The notes: generated by a model not told the origin, from the letters alone. A stretch of 64,000 nucleotides of DNA from Octopus bimaculoides (GCF_001194135.2 NC_068998.1:55209331-55273330), one strand, 5' to 3'. Positions 13,479-29,133 are shown, counted from the stretch's first letter. Program-made: numbers and translations.

Positions 13479-13985
13479 GTACATACACAGATAGATACAC
13501 ATGCATGTACACACACATACAAGCCTTCCCACCACTTTGGTTGTATCAGATAACTCATTGAGTTAAGGGGGTAAGAGGAATGAGTTGTAGGCCACCGCAT
13601 GGTATGCACAGCAAGCGAAAAAGTATCAAGAGTTGATATTAAAATGATACCAGTCGGTCCAGAAGCACTCAATCAGATCTGAGACGACTGAGCCTCACAG
13701 CTGAGGTGACGTAAGATAGAATGGCCGGGTACAACGAGCTTACAACCGCAGATCCCTGTCAGTGTGGATGGCTTCTCAACATGACAATGGTCGGGGGTTT
13801 CGTGAAACTGAAATGCTTTCGTTTTAAATTTTGAGCCCAATATATTTTAAATGTAATTTGCTGCGAGAAAATAAACATATTGTGGACAGAATAATGTTTC
13901 CCTCCATTCTTTGCAGATGTAAAAAATAAAATTGAATAAAAAGTTTCAGAGCATATCTTTGGTTGAGGGAGTTATTTGCTGACTG

Positions 13986-14259
13986 TCAGTGCGTCAGAGC
14001 TGAGCTAGGGAGTCTCCAGACAGCTTTGCTAAAGCAGCTGCAAGTCTATTGTCAGCTTGTAATATTAATTGTAATTGTATGCGTGCGTATGACAATTGAT
14101 AGTGTCACCATCGTCGCTTTTGAGAATTCTGCTCAGCGCCCTGGTCCGCCCCAGCCGTGTCACATGGCCACCAAAGCCGCCACCCTTTTCTCTCATCACA
14201 TGACTTGTTGTTCTTCTTCTCACATCGGAAGCATGTTGACTCGTTTACAACATTAAATG
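13986..14259 (+). promoter_or_regulatory. Candidate promoter/first exon ending ...TAA ATG|GTAAGT
   Basis: TCAGT Inr-like motif at 13986; consensus donor GTAAGT at 14260; TGACGTAA at 13707-13714; CpG-retaining island at about 13600-15900. Confidence 0.4.
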
Positions 14260-17200
14260 GTAAGTGAACAACACTTTACAAATATGACAAATTATTCAGC
14301 TTTTCAACTATCGCTCCATAGTTACATCTTCACATGTGTGTGTATGTGTATATATACATATTCATTGATCAAAAGCTGTTTCTCCGTTAATCATTTTGTT
14401 TGTCTTTTTTTTTTTCTCTCTCTCCTTTTCTCATTTGAACTGATTTTGTTTTCGTTAAACAAACCTCTCGGTAAAATCTTTTAAACCCGGCAACGTGTTT
14501 CCTCCCTTCCTCTTTCTCTCTTCTATTTTACCGTGTTTATTTATGTCAGGTCATTCAAATACTCTGCCCCAGGTTGCATGGAAACATTCTCCTTATCTAC
14601 TTATTTTGTTTTATGTTTTCCTTTCGCAAAGACCTAATGACATTTCGACCGGGCTCCGGAAGGATTCTAACACACACAGCTTTTCTTTCTCTCTCTCTCT
14701 TCCTCTCATACAACGAATACCTCTGGAAATTCCTCGGTGATATTCTACATACTGTCATAGTCTCATATAACCCGGTTTCACGTTGTTTTCTTTCATAGAT
14801 TTTTTTTTTTTGGGGTTTTCAACTTTAATTAAACCTTTGGTCATTTCGGAGACCACTGTCGATGTGGCAAAAGCAACACCATTGCCACATGTAACACGTT
14901 ATTTTATCTTTTCTTTCTTAAATACACATATTTCTCTTCTGATCAAATATTGCTCAGTCTTTCTCAGAAGCAAAGAAGAAATGTTAAAAGGAAAGTAAAG
15001 AAAGAAGACTTTTTACACTTTTAATATCAATAGATTCCTTTCATTCATTTTTTTTTCTTGTTTTCACGTGTCGGTTCCCTGCTTTACAAAGCCTCTCCTT
15101 TTCTCTCACCCTTTTGCTACAAGTTCTTATTTATCTAAATATTAGTGTTGTTTAGCTCTAGGTCAGTCCTGATCAAGTAAACAGAAACAATCCACCCGTG
15201 ACTCTCCCATTTGCAAAGTATCGCAGACCACGTTAAACAATGTGTCATTATCTAAGACAACGGAGTGGGGGTGATTTGAAGGAAATTTGGCTGCCATTTT
15301 TAGCAGTTTGTGTGACCACGTAACTGGTTCCTCTACAAACCAGTGAGTTTTCCCAACCACCCAGGAAGTATTTAGTATTTCTGTATAAACGAGTTTTTAT
15401 ATTTCGATATTGTTTCATTTACATGTTTTAATTAAGTAAACCTGTCTAATTCAGTAAATCCCAGAAACGAATCAACAGAGAAAATCTCTCTTTTGAAATT
15501 CTAATTTGCTCTTTCTCTCGTGTATTTATTATTGTGTAAAGACAGACGTGATCAAAAGCGTTCCATCGGTGGCCATCCGTCTTATATATTAGGGCCCACT
15601 ACCCAGTGCACCAGTGCCCTTTTCTCCCCCACAAACTACAGGAATTTGGCTGCCATTTCTGGCATTGCGAACGATCCACAGAGACATCCTTTATGTTCTT
15701 TGAATGTTCAAAGTTTCCGAACTCACTCAGATGGTGGTGGTAGTGATTTTTTAAAAACTTATATCCCCGCCCTCCTCGATCGAGCATTGGTCAATCAAAG
15801 ACATTCTTCTATTTGTTACCATCCGTCTGTTCTAGGGGTATACAAGGACTATACGATAAGGTGTTCTTTTGTTAATTAAAACGCTAAGGTGTGATTTTGA
15901 AGTCGTTTTCACTGTTATTTCTAAAATCTCTAGCGAGCATGTAAAAGGTTCTCTCGTTGATTTGTTATATGTGTTTGCTAATTAGTATGAATCTGGATTC
16001 TTTAGAAAGTATTTTGACTGCTTTAAAGGGCCTCAGTTAACAATTATGATGAGAATTTCAAAATTAAACACTTGAATTTAAAGTTAATAATGACGACTTC
16101 GTTCAGTACAGTCTGTGTGTGTGTTAAAACCTGAACTCATTCGGATATCAATGTTATTCCCAAAGGCTGCACAATTCAATCAGAATCGATGGTTCTGCTT
16201 TCTCCTTGTTCTTCCCTCTGAGGTTAGACACTCCAATTCCAGCCACCTCTCTCAATATTTATTTCCTTTCTTAATTCGTTATTATTATTTTTTTATACAA
16301 GAATGAATGGTCCACCGCCTCCTCTCGTCATTTTTAGTTCTGATACCCTGTTTCTCTTCATTTCCTCCTGGATTTCGTTTTTAGGGCTTCTGAGTTGTGC
16401 AATGTTTTATATAACAAATTGCTTTCAAGAAACCAAAAACATTTTCTTTCATTGTTCATATATTCATGTGTGTCTGTGTGTGATGATAGCGAACTTTTAA
16501 AGAGAGGAAATTAACAAAAAAAAGGTTAAGAAACATTTAGATTAGAGTCCAAGCCATGGATATTAAAACTTTTTGAAGAGAATGAATAGAATTTTCCAAA
16601 CAGTGTGTAAATAACAAAAAAAAAAAAAAGGAAATAAAAAAGAATAATTGAATGTCATTGTTCAGCAGGGTTGAGTGAGGAAACCTTCATATAAGCTTCT
16701 ACAGGAAAAAAAAATGAGGAACTGTACGAGATTGCAAAAATAGTGTAAGCTATCCTTGATATGAAAAGGTTAAGAGGAAAATGTCTATTATGTGATTTGG
16801 GCAAGTTGAAATAGCCAAATAAGCTCTATGGTGAAACGATATGGTCTGTACTTTGATATAATCCAGTTTGTCTATGTTGGCTTAATGACCCTTTTTTCCA
16901 TTATGAGAGATGAAACCAGTTGAGTTCATTTCATGTTTAATTATGACCTGCATTGCCACATCCCCACCACCCTTCCACATCCCTCTATCTTGCCCAACTC
17001 ATGGCTCTTTGCACATCCACTCTTCAACCCTTTCTGGCAGTCTGCCTCTCTTTCCCCTCACTCTCCTTCCTATACACTCTTACAAACTGATCCTTCAACT
17101 TACCTTCGGCCTTGTGGGGCCACCTGGGCTCCTCATTGCTCTTCCAGCTCCCCTTCTTCATTTTCCTTTCTCACTCCTTCATCTTCACAATGCAAGTAGC

Positions 17201-17979
17201 CATGCAGATCCTCTACAAGAACCTACGCTCTGCCCCCCCCCACTTCTCATGGTTCAATCCCCTCACCCATTAGCATGAAGCTCCCCCCCCCACTGGTTTG
17301 TAGTTCTGCGAGTTGCCTGGTAACCTCAAAAAACCTAAGCTGTATTGTGGTTGGCATTAGAATGGGCATCTAGCTGTAGAAATCATGGCATAGCAGACAT
17401 TAGAACACAATGCTTGACCTTTTGGATCCTGTCAAACTGTCCAACCCATGCAGACATTTAATGATGATGATGATGATGATGGGGTTCTTTCAGTTTCTAT
17501 CTACCAAATCCACTCCCAAGGCATTGGTTGGGCTCTGGCTATAGTAAAAGTCGCTTCCCCAAAGTGTCATGCAGTAGGCTTGAACTCAAGACCCCATGGT
17601 TGAGAAACAGTCTTCTTAATCAGACAGCCATGCCTGCATCTTCTGTAAAGAAAGATGACACTATTGGTCAATCTGGGCCCAGAATGGTGAAGATTTTATC
17701 CAAAACTGATTCTTTTTAATACTTTAATGGAAATTTTTGTATGATTTGTGAATTAAGAAAAAGTTGGTTTATTTGAATGGAATTTGTCATTGTAAAGAAT
17801 TTGGTCTACTTTGGACTATTGTACCCAATAGAATACAAACTGAGTTGCTACAGTCTCATTGGTCTTTGATAAGAGTCTAAGGTGTTGTCCCTTCCTTCAA
17901 ATCCATCAAGTAAAATAAATAAATAATAGTTGAGTGGTTAAAATGATGGACCCAGGGAATAACAGTTAAGTGTATTCGG

Positions 17980-18148
17980 ATTAATTAGTAACATGATTAA
18001 TTAGTAACATTAGTAACATGATTAATTAGTAACATGATTCCATGCATCGTGATTTCCAGCTGGAGAATAAGCACTGATTTGTTTATAGGCAAAATGTGTT
18101 TATAGGCAAAATGTGTTTATAGGCAAAATGTGTTTATAGGCAAAATGT
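17980..18148. repeat. Two adjacent short tandem arrays: GATTAATTAGTAACAT-type and 17-bp GTTTATAGGCAAAATGT x4
   Basis: Read directly at about 17980-18038 and 18081-18148. Confidence 0.85.
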
Positions 18149-21100
18149 GTGTCTTGTTTGAAAAGAAAAAGAAGAAACATTTTGTAGACAACCTTGAAGA
18201 AGAAAAAAAAAATTAGAACTTGTTTGTGTCTTGTTGTTTGTTTCTGAATCCTTTGTTTTAAAGTCCTTCTTCTTTGTAAAGACCTGATGTTCCAGTGACT
18301 AGTTTTAAGGTAACAATATAACAAGAGAAGATACGTATCTCAGCTTAGCTGACAAAATTTCAGACAGAAATAACTTTTTTCTCAGGAATGAATTGAAATC
18401 ATTTATTTTATCCCAGCAGCAGCAGCAGGTTGTGCTCTTTTGTTTGTGTGGTTTCAATTAGTCTAAATGTATTTTAGTGATTATATAGTTTATAACAAGA
18501 TAAGAAATGGTTAGACTAAGTTGTTATGAAGAGATTTGGACTCTATTATGCAGCAATAAGAGTCTAAGGTTGTGGAAACAAGCAAAAATATAAATAACCC
18601 ACAACATTATGTTGGAGCAGATTATTCGATATCTGCAGACATTGGAATAACTTGTGGAAGTGACTGTCAGATCTTGTGGAAGTGACTGGTCTATGAAGAT
18701 GACTGGGTCAGTTTCAAGGCCATTCTTGGACGACTAAAATATGGTGGATGCTTGTTGAAAAAACAAAAACAAAAAACAAAAAACCTTTTTCTTTTTTTTT
18801 ACTACTATTGCATCTCCCAAATTTAGCCTCTTCTTTAGAGATAGCCACTTATGGGTTATGTGTCTGCAGTAACATCCTAACAGAGATCAAATGGTGGTGG
18901 TGGTATTGAGTCATCTCTACCAGGTTATCACTCAAATGAACGAAGCATGTCATGCATTGATGATGATGATATAAAATACTGTCTTAATTCTGTTGCTATT
19001 TATTTTCTCTGAAAGGCTGGAAATGTTGGATTGTCTTTGGAAATATTTCATCATAGAAATCTTAGCCATGAAAACACTTCACCTTTTTCAGTAGACAGCT
19101 TCCAATCTTATTATTTATTTTTGGTTTGTGGTCATGTATCCTAGCAAGATTTGTTAATATTTGGGGACGGCTTGAAACAATAAAGCATTAAACAAAGTGC
19201 CTTGTGGTATTTATTCTTAGTCCTTTATGTCCTCAGTTCAGTTCCTACTAAGGCTGACTTTGTCTTTCATCCTTCCTACTACTATAAAATAAGTAGCATT
19301 CAAGTACTTGCGTTGATATATTCAACCGTTCCCCCCTCCCCCGTTTTGGAGCCTTCAGCCTCTGTAACAAATCTGTACTTTCTTCTAATTCTTGTACTGC
19401 TATAGTAACTGGTTACAGGAATGGTACACAGTTATAAAACCTACAAGCAGAAGCCCCAGGTAAAATAATAATAATATTATAATAGAAAATAACTCCAAAT
19501 GTGTTAATGGTCAACAAAGGGTCAACACAAATGTTGGGGTTGAGGTATGTGCTTTGTAAGTCTGTTCAACTGATGCTAGAATGGAAAACAGAAAGCAGAT
19601 ATTAAAATTAATAATGAGGATTTTTATTTATTTTTAATTGGTGTTAATTCTTTGCAATCTTACATCTAGAGGTTGACAAAGAAAAAGCATGTAAAATCAA
19701 ATGAAATTAATTTTAAAAATTTGAAAATTATAACTCCTGAAATTAAAAAAAAAATTGATAATGGTATTTCTAAATTGCTTATGATATTTATAACTTTCAT
19801 TTCGTTTGATATGGCTTGGTTTGACAAGCACACACGACATTTTGAATCAGAGAAGCATCGAAGTTGTAAATACAGAAGCAACTTCTATGAGTATTTTAAA
19901 TTCCGAAGCAGTTTTGAGTAAATTGGATTTAATGGTGACAATAATAAAAGAATGGTGCATTATGAAATAGGAAAACTATGGAACATGTAATTATTCCAAA
20001 CTATTAAATCAAGAACAAACATGTGGAATTCTCAGCTATAAATCTGGTGTAATCTCTTAGAAGTGTCGGCTTTGAAATTCAGGAGTCTTGACTGAGCAAT
20101 ATTTCAGCATCTCTTTAACTGACAGTTGTTACATCAATGGAGAAAATAGAATTCCAGTCGTACATTTTCAAACCTTTTCCTAATATATCTGCTCCAACAA
20201 TCTCTTTAACCTTTCTACTCATTCAGCCTTGTTGCTATTCCTGTTTAGATCTTTACTCAGCACAAGCTTGCCTTCTGTTCGTTTTCCTAGACACTTAGTC
20301 AAGTAGGAACTTGTAGGTTCGTTCAAAGAATGATTTATCTTCAGCACAAATCTGCATGCCATACTTCTCTGATGAATCGTCAATAAATATTGAGTTGGAC
20401 ATATCTCACCATATTTCTTTTTTTAAAAATAATATTTACTTAAAGTCTCTGCAGTTTTGTTATCTTTGGCAACAAATCTTTTAGTTTGCATAATTGTTCA
20501 TTCATAAAACATCTCTAAAACACACACATTTCTTACATCGTCACAGACATACAAACCCTCACACATTTTGCACAGGATTGAATGTGCATAGACACACATC
20601 AACCATTTTCTCTTCTGTATCTAGTTTATGTCTGTACTTGTTGCCCAATATGAAGTATTTTCTTTTGTAATTGATTTTATGACATTAGAATTAAATAGTT
20701 TCATTGACAGTTACTCTCCAAATATTGTACTTCCCGCTTTTGGCATTGATGCTAACATCGTAGGCTTTATCAGTCATTTCCTATTTCTACCTTCTCCCTT
20801 TTTTTAAATTCTTCTCTCTTTCTCCCTTTCCTCCACTTTTTGCATCGGTGTCAGTCCAAGCTGTTAACTAAGTTTAGCTTACAACCAGCTGCATTTTACA
20901 GATAACTATTTTTTTTTCATATATCTTTCTCTTCTTCCTTTGCCAGTGAATATGCAAAGTGGATGGAGGGTGGGGAGTTTGCGGGGAATGAAACGAGGAA
21001 GATTCCTGTGTCCCCCCCCCCACCACCACCACCAGTTGTGCTATGTCCACCATGGCTGATAACACTGTTGAGTGCTGCTAAAATGTTTCAATTTGAGGCT

Positions 21101-22364
21101 AAAAGTCTCAAACTTTCGTCGCTTAACTCTTTTCTTTTCTTTTTTGTTTGTTTGTTTAACATTTTCCATGTTGTGTGGGAAGAATTTGTGGTTTATGACT
21201 AGTTTTTATATCTTCAAAAATAGTCTTTCTTCTGATCTGACAAGGGGCTCTTGTTGACTGTAAATGTTAGGGATCCTTAAGAAAAGCCCGAAGGGTCATC
21301 ATCAACACCACTCCTCCTCTTTCTCCCCCCCCCCTACGCCGTCTCCTCTCTCGTCCCCCTCCTCCTCCTCCTTCCCTCCAACTTCCTCCATTTCTACTGC
21401 AGTTCTAGGTTGACCAAAGCTTTGTCAGTGAATGTGGTTAACGCAAACTGAAAGACGCCCATTGTGTATGTGTGTGTGTGTATTAGTTTCTCCTTGTTTT
21501 GACATTGTGTGATAGTTGTAAGCAAGTGTCACTGTCGTACAAGCAGTGTTGTTTGTTTCCAATCTTCCATGGAAACATGTCAGGCCAAATATTCCCTTGT
21601 TTGGAAACAGGTGAGGGTTGGTGACAGGAAGGGCATCTGGGCCATAGAAAACCTACTTCAACCAAATTCCATCCAACCCATGCCAGCATGGAAAAGCTTG
21701 TGACGACGATGATGATTTAGTCTGACATTCTCTCACTTCTGCCTCTCCATTACTGAATCAATAATTATCCCAAACAACATGGCACAGGTTTTGGTTTGTA
21801 GCATGACTTGACTGGATAAAAATACAAAAATCAAATGATAAAATGTTAAATGAAACAAAAAAAAAAATGACAAACACAGAAGACATGGAAACAGAAAAGG
21901 TTGACAGTTCTGATCAGTGTTTGCTGACATGAACGAAGTGAACAAGTGAAATTTGAGAGTCCTGTTCTTAAATAGACATCAAAGTTAATGGTTTTCACAT
22001 GTTGCACCACATGTTGCATGGGTTTGTTGTGCTGGTCAGAAGTCACTGTTTCTATCATGACTCTACAGGATGACAGCATTGTATTGAGCACTTCCATGCT
22101 AACAGAAGTTTTGTTAAATTCTATTAGTTGTACCTACTGCTGCTCTTTACAGTGTTAAATTGTATTGTCTCATGATGGGACCTGTTTGTAGACGAGTGGG
22201 TTGGTTCATTGCAAGTTGAGTGCTGTTGCCATGGATACAGTGCTGTTGCCAGGATACAGTGCTGGTGACACACAGGATATTAATCAATGGCCTTTTAGAT
22301 TGTGATCCACTTCTATTGCTTCAACCAGCTGTAACATGAACGAAAGTGGGAGCTAAATTGAATT

Positions 22365-22560
22365 GAAATAGCAGCCAAATTACGCTCAAATCACACTCTG
22401 TTGTTTTAAATGGTAGGACACATTGGATATTGTAGTGTCATACACAGTATGTTTAAAAAAATATCCCAAAAAGTGAGTTGTTGTGGTCAAGTGTGGACTG
22501 CTTTGACCATAAATCTGCTTAATGAAGGTTGACCTAGGGTTAACCAACAACAACAACAAT
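22365..22560 (+). mobile_element. Interspersed repeat family C (gaaatagcagccaaat ... (AAC)n tail)
   Basis: The motif recurs, in both orientations, at about 11660-11850, 15150-15330, 15640, 31020-31110 and 34390-34530. Confidence 0.6.
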
Positions 22561-25407
22561 TAGACTCCCCCCCCCCCCNNNNNNNNNNNNNNNNNNNNNN
22601 NNNCCCCCAAACTACAACTCAATCATTTTTTGTCTTTCTGTGATCTTGATTTGAACCTTCCCTGTTATGGAAATGGTTCTTGATTTCAACGAGGAGAAAA
22701 ACATTTTTAAATATTTATGACTGTTCTGGGCCGAGAACAGCTTTTGATTTCTTGCAAAAGAAGCTGCAATAAAGAAGACATAAAAGACATAAAGAACAAT
22801 TTATTCCTTCATTCTGAACAATGTCTGTTCACCCTTTCACTACCAATTCACCTGGAACCCCCCATGATTGCAATGCATACAAACCCTCTTATTTTAAAGT
22901 GTTCATATTCAAATTAAAACCTTTCACCAGAATTTTATGCAAGAAGCTTTTCTGAAATTATGTTACAAACCTCAGTTAAATTATGATTAAGTTTGTTACT
23001 TTAATAAACCTTTTCTAATTATTGATTAATTTCAAAATTAATTAGATGTCTTAGCATATTTCAGTAGAAATATGGTCATGAAAGGGTTAATGCTGTTGGT
23101 TAAAAAGGGATTAAAATTTATCGCTTGAGATATCTTGCCATTTAAAAATTATCCAAGACGGTTGAACATTTTCAGCATTCAGTGATGTCCATAAATAGCT
23201 AATGTTTGCAAATGCAGTCTTGTGTTTCATCTGCCAAGCTTGTTAGCAAGCGAGAGTTAAAAGTAGAATGTTTTACAGCTAAAATAGGAATGATTAGTGC
23301 ATGATGTAGTGTGGAAAGATTTATTTTTTCCTATATGCAAGTATAGTTACTCATGCATGTGTGTATATGTGTGTGTGTGTGTGTATTATTTGTTCTATTT
23401 CTGTTCATTGTAAATGTAGTCTCTCCAACACCAGCACAACTGCCATCCATGTTAGCAAACATTGATCAGAACTGTTAACCTTTTCTGTTTACAAGTAATG
23501 TCTTCCGTTGTTTGTCCTCAAAGTCTAATTCTTTTCATTTCACATTCTATCATTTGTGATTGTATTTTTATGGTTAAGTCATGTCACAAACTAAAACCTC
23601 TGCCATGTTGTTTGTGGTGATTATTGATTGTGTTGTGGAAGAGCAGACATGTTTGGATGTCAGAGTAAATAGCTTCCACTATTGAAAGGTGTTTGCATGG
23701 CTGGGTGGCTGAGAAGTTTGCTTGGTTGCAGGTTCAGTCCCACTGCATGGCACCTTGAGCATGTGTCTTCTACAATAGCTCTGGACCAACCAAAACCTTG
23801 TGAGTGGATTTATTAGAAGGAAACTGAAAGAAACCCGTCGTGTGTGTGTGTGTGTGTGTGTGTCTTTGTCTTGATGTCACATGATAGTTGTAAATGAGTG
23901 TTGCTGTCATTATAAGCAGTGTCATTTGTTTCTAATATTAAGCATGTTTGGCTACAGAGAAATATTACCTAGCTTGAAAACATCTTTTTGATGTCTTGTT
24001 TTCTTTGCCTTCATGGATCAGATGAAATTCGTTTAGGTGGTTTTCATGTAGCCAGATGCTCTCCAAATGGCCACCAAATCTCCATATTTAATAACATTGA
24101 GATGGATTTATTCATTTTTTTTTCTGTTTTGTCCATGGTGAAGGAAGAAGAATTCCATGGACATGGTTTCTTTGATTTGTCTTTTCTTGAATAAAGAGGG
24201 ATGGGTGGGGAGGGCAAACATTTCATTAATATTTTGTCTGTTGGTGGTAGGGGAAGGGGGAGGCTTGTGTGTGTTAGTTTGAGAACTTGTTTAACATGCA
24301 TGTGCACACCCCTACACACACACTTGTATATGAAAGAGCGGGTCTGCACAATTAATTCTAACGACATAAAACTCTAATTGCTATTTTTACTTTCTAGAAT
24401 GGAATTTATTACATAAGGACATTTTAGTTACATTTTCTGTCAATGGAATATAGAACTGCCAAAATTCTGTCCTGTCTAATTATAAACATTCTAAATTTGT
24501 TTCCTAAGAATTTAATTTAACCATAAAACACCAGCTTTGCATTCATATTTCTTTTTGTTTTGGTTTTTCTCTGTTTTAATGTCTACATTGTTTTGTATCA
24601 AAACTCGTTAGCAATCTTGTGACCAATTTATTTTCATTGTTGCCTTTCATCATCATCATCATCATCATCATATTCTGATTCTCCATGTTGGCATCGATTT
24701 GTTGAACCACCATAGTCTGCTGGTGACAACAGACAAAACTGGCCAATTTTGGCATTGTGTATGTCTTCCAGCATGGACAATCTGTTTAATCATGCAACCG
24801 GCACCAGAGAAGTTGTCCTGTGTGAGGACCCTTCATAATTCTTATGCTGCTTTACAGCTCTTCTGATCTTCCTTCTGTATTCACTATGACTTCTCATACT
24901 TTTTCTGAAATTTATACATTTGAAAATAATGCCAGAATTGTCCAAATAAGGAAATGAAATTGAGATTGGAGTTGTTAAATCTCTTGAAAATTATTTCCAA
25001 CCACTTCAGTTATTCATCCTTAATTTTTATGAAATATCTTTCCAAGATTTAGTGAAATGAATGTAAAAAAAAAAAAAAAAAAAAAAAAAGACAACAAAAA
25101 ATAAAGAAAAACAAAACAAAAAACAGTCAAATGAACAAATGAAAAATCCACTTGAAACTGTTTTTGTATCTGGAAATCACTTAAAATAGCAAAAATAATC
25201 AGCTGTTGTTGATAAAAGATATCATTTGGTATATTTTGAGGAATGTTGTAATCTGTAATTGGAGGTGATTGTTTGTGTTAGAGTTTTGTATCTGGTTATG
25301 AATAGTTGTTAAATCAGTGTTTAAAATAGTTTTAACATTTATAGACAGAAATAATTTCAAATAAACATCCATTTCTTACAAAACTAAAAGGCATGAAACA
25401 GTGGCAA

Positions 25408-25443
<36 letters not shown>

Positions 25444-25841
25444 TTAACATCCGCTTTCCATATTTGCATATTTTACCATAAATTGATTTCAAATATTAAC
25501 CCAAAATCTACTTTGAATAATTCTAGGCTATGTCTTTTAATATTGGAATTGTGCAACTTTTGTTGTGGAGCCATCGGAGGATTTTTTAAAATTCACAGAA
25601 TTCATCTTTTATCTTTTAGTCATTGGACTGTGGCCATACTGGGGCACCACCTCAAAGGGTTTTACAAATTCTTTTTTAAAATGGTCGTCATCAGTGAATC
25701 AGTTGTCATGAGTGAAGTCTTTTTGTTCTGATTCTAATATTTTTGTGGTGTAAATCCTGTTTGCCATTTTTGGGGAGATTTTTGATTTGGGCTAAAATAA
25801 ATTTTCTTGTATTTCCTCAAACTGGAGAGGGAAAGGAAGAG

Positions 25842-25879
<38 letters not shown>

Positions 25880-28800
25880 GGTTGGGCGGAAAGAGTTTAG
25901 TGTTAATATTTTTCCTGAAATTCTTTAATTTAGTTTGAAGAAAAAAATACATAACTGTAGAGTGATTCATTTTTTCTAAAAAGAGGAAAGTTAATCATAA
26001 AACTAAAAGTCAATGGGAAATTTAGTGAAGTTTAGACAGAAAGTTAAATAAAGAATAAAACGTATTAAGATGGAAAAAAGATTTATAAATATTTGTGAAG
26101 GTCTGTTTAGTTGAAGATTTGAAATATTTGTCCTATTTAAAAGAATGGTTCTTTGGAATAGTTTATTACTATTTTGCCACAGTGCTTTTGTGCCCCAGCA
26201 AAAATACAAGCAAAACGAAAAAAAAAAACGGAAAAGTGAACAGAAAAGAACCCCTTTTGGTGTTTACCGTTGATGGTAAGATTGCAGTGTGAGAAATATC
26301 TGGAAGAAATTACCAGAAATGTGGGACAAATGGATCTAAATATTTAGCCTTTAAAGGCACAGCAACATTATTATTGTTATTATTAATAATAATAATAATA
26401 GAGTAAAAGTTTTAATAGTACTAGTAGCTAACATGTTTCTTGTGGTTAAAGGGAATAAACACAAGAATTTTGGGATCATTGTCTTTCTAGTTTGCAATTC
26501 GATTCTTTAGCAACCAATCCTACTGTTTTACATTTTATAATGGGACTCTTATGCTTGGAATGGTTATTCCCATTCCATGTCTCTATGTCTGTGAATCTTG
26601 TGAGGTAAAGCAGCTGTTACTGTTGCTTCTGCCATTATTATAATTCCTTTACTAAAATCTCTATTCTAGATAGGTTGACCTTTTTGCTGGTCGCCAGAAC
26701 CTAGAACAACTTTATTTTTTTCTTTCTCTTCCTCTCGTTATTGGGTCATAATAATGCAGTTTGTGACATTTAGAAAGAAGCCTGATGATAACTAAAGATG
26801 ATGCCAAAAGGAAGGACAGAGTTCAGTCTATTTCCAAAATAGGTCACAACAAAGATTGTTTAAGAAACTGTTTTGAGACTCGAAAAGAAATCTGTTCTGA
26901 CATCATTTAAAAAAAAACTTTTTGTGAGTTACACTTAACATCATTTAAACTTTTCAGGATTGATAAATAAAGTACCAGTCACATGCTGGGGGCCGATTCT
27001 TTCTTCTCTCTCAGAATTGGCTGTCTCTGTCTTGTAAAAAGAAAAAAAGAAAAAATGTAAAATAAGGTTATAGGGGTGAAATCACTTTTGTATTCTACCC
27101 CCAAAAATTCCATGAAGGGTTTGTTTAGGAAATCAACAGGGGTTAGTCATCAACCTGATGGCTCAATGAAGGTAGAAACTTGTTGTTTTGAACAGATCTT
27201 AACAAAGCATTGAAGAAGTTGCCAGAAGCAATGAAAATTTTAGACAAAAAGAAATCATAAATGAGTGGAAATTGAACCAGTGAGTGTGTTTAATTAATAA
27301 GGCATTAAAACAGAATGATTCTCCCTTAACGAAGCAGTTTCTTGCATAAAATTTTAATAAAAAGCTTTCATTCAAATTTGAACATTTTAAAAACAAAAGA
27401 TTTTGTTTCACTGAAGCAGAGATGGTCTCATGTGGGTTGGCATTAGTACACATTAAATGCATTTATTTAATGGTCTTTTGATGATCTCTTCTTCCTGCTC
27501 CTCTGTACAAATGATCTGATCTTCTTGCCCACAGCCACAATCATAAAGTAACATCCTTTAAATTCAAAGCAGATTATTTCCCACCATTTTCAAAATGGTT
27601 TACAATAGCCTCACTTGTAACGGATTATCACTTGTAACAGATTAGCAACAACAATTAACATTAGAGTTAATCCCCGTCCCTCACTTTTTCCCCCTTTTTA
27701 AAAAAAATCTTTTTTCTTCTCTTTTTACCCTTGTTCTCTGTCATTTGACTGACACAACAATCTTATGCACTGATAAAAGTTAGAAACGAAAAAAGGGGAC
27801 TAATATTTACTTCATGCTGCTGTTGGTGGTGGCTGGATTTAAAAAGCTAATCTCTCACTAAACAGAAATTCACGGTTCTTTACATTTATGGAAACTAAAA
27901 CTAACAAAGAAGTTGTAAGCCAATATTTTTCATTTTCTTCTTATTATATTTTCGCTGGTTAATCATATTGTCTCATAAAACTCTACCATTATTTATTTCT
28001 GTTTCACCAAATTTTATTGAGACAAATAAACCCTAACTGTTAATTATCTTCAACTTTCTGCCTCTTACAACATTTCATACCTACATCCAGTTTATTGTTT
28101 TCTCATTTTTATTTTCTCCCACTGTTTCAGTCAGTTTCTCTCACCAACAATATTTCTCTCTCTCTCTCACTCTCTCTGCTCTCTCTCCATCTATTTTTGC
28201 CTTTGTTTACCTCTCAAAGCTGTTTCACATTATCTTACTGCCTATCTTTCTCTCTCTCTCTCTCTCTCTCCCTATATGTGTGTGTGTTCTGGTGGTGTGT
28301 TGCCTAGTTGTTAGGACATTGGGCTTATAATTGCAAGGTCATGGCTTTATTTCTTAGAATGAATGGCACATTGTGCCATTGAGCAAAACACTTCACTTCA
28401 TATTGCTTCAATTCCCCACTCAGTGGAAATTGAGTACCAGTAATAACTGATGGATTAACCCTGCAATTATATGCTAGGGAAACCAGGATAAGGTCTGCCT
28501 AAATCAACTTGACTCAAGACAGGTCAGCTTTTAGCTAACACACACACACACACATCTATGGCTGTGTGGTAAGAAGTTCCCTTCTCAATCACATGGTTCT
28601 AGGTTCAGTCTAGTGTGGTGTCTTGGACACGTCTTCTACCATGGTTGATCAGAGACTTAGCAGTGAATTTGGTTGGCAGAAATTCTACTGCATGAAAGTG
28701 TTTGTGCCTGAGGAGGGAATATATATACATATATATATATATATATACATACATATATATATATATANNNNNNNNNNNNNNNNNNNNNNNNNNNNNNNNN

Positions 28801-29087
28801 NNNNNNNNNNNNNNNNNNNNNNNNNNNNNNNNNNNNNNNNNNNNNNNNNNNNNNNNNNNNNNNNNNNNNNNNNNNNNNNNNNNNNNNNNNNNNNNNNNNN
28901 NNNNNNNNNNNNNNNNNNNNNNNNNNNNNNNNNNNNNNNNNNNNNNNNNNNNNNNNNNNNNNNNNNCAGAGCTATAACTTGGCTGTAAAGTTTAAAAGAA
29001 ATACATATTTACTTTTATGTATTGAGTTCTACTTTTCGTGTTTGTTCACGCGCGCACACACACGTGTTTATGTGTGTGTGTGTGTGC

Positions 29088-29133
<46 letters not shown>

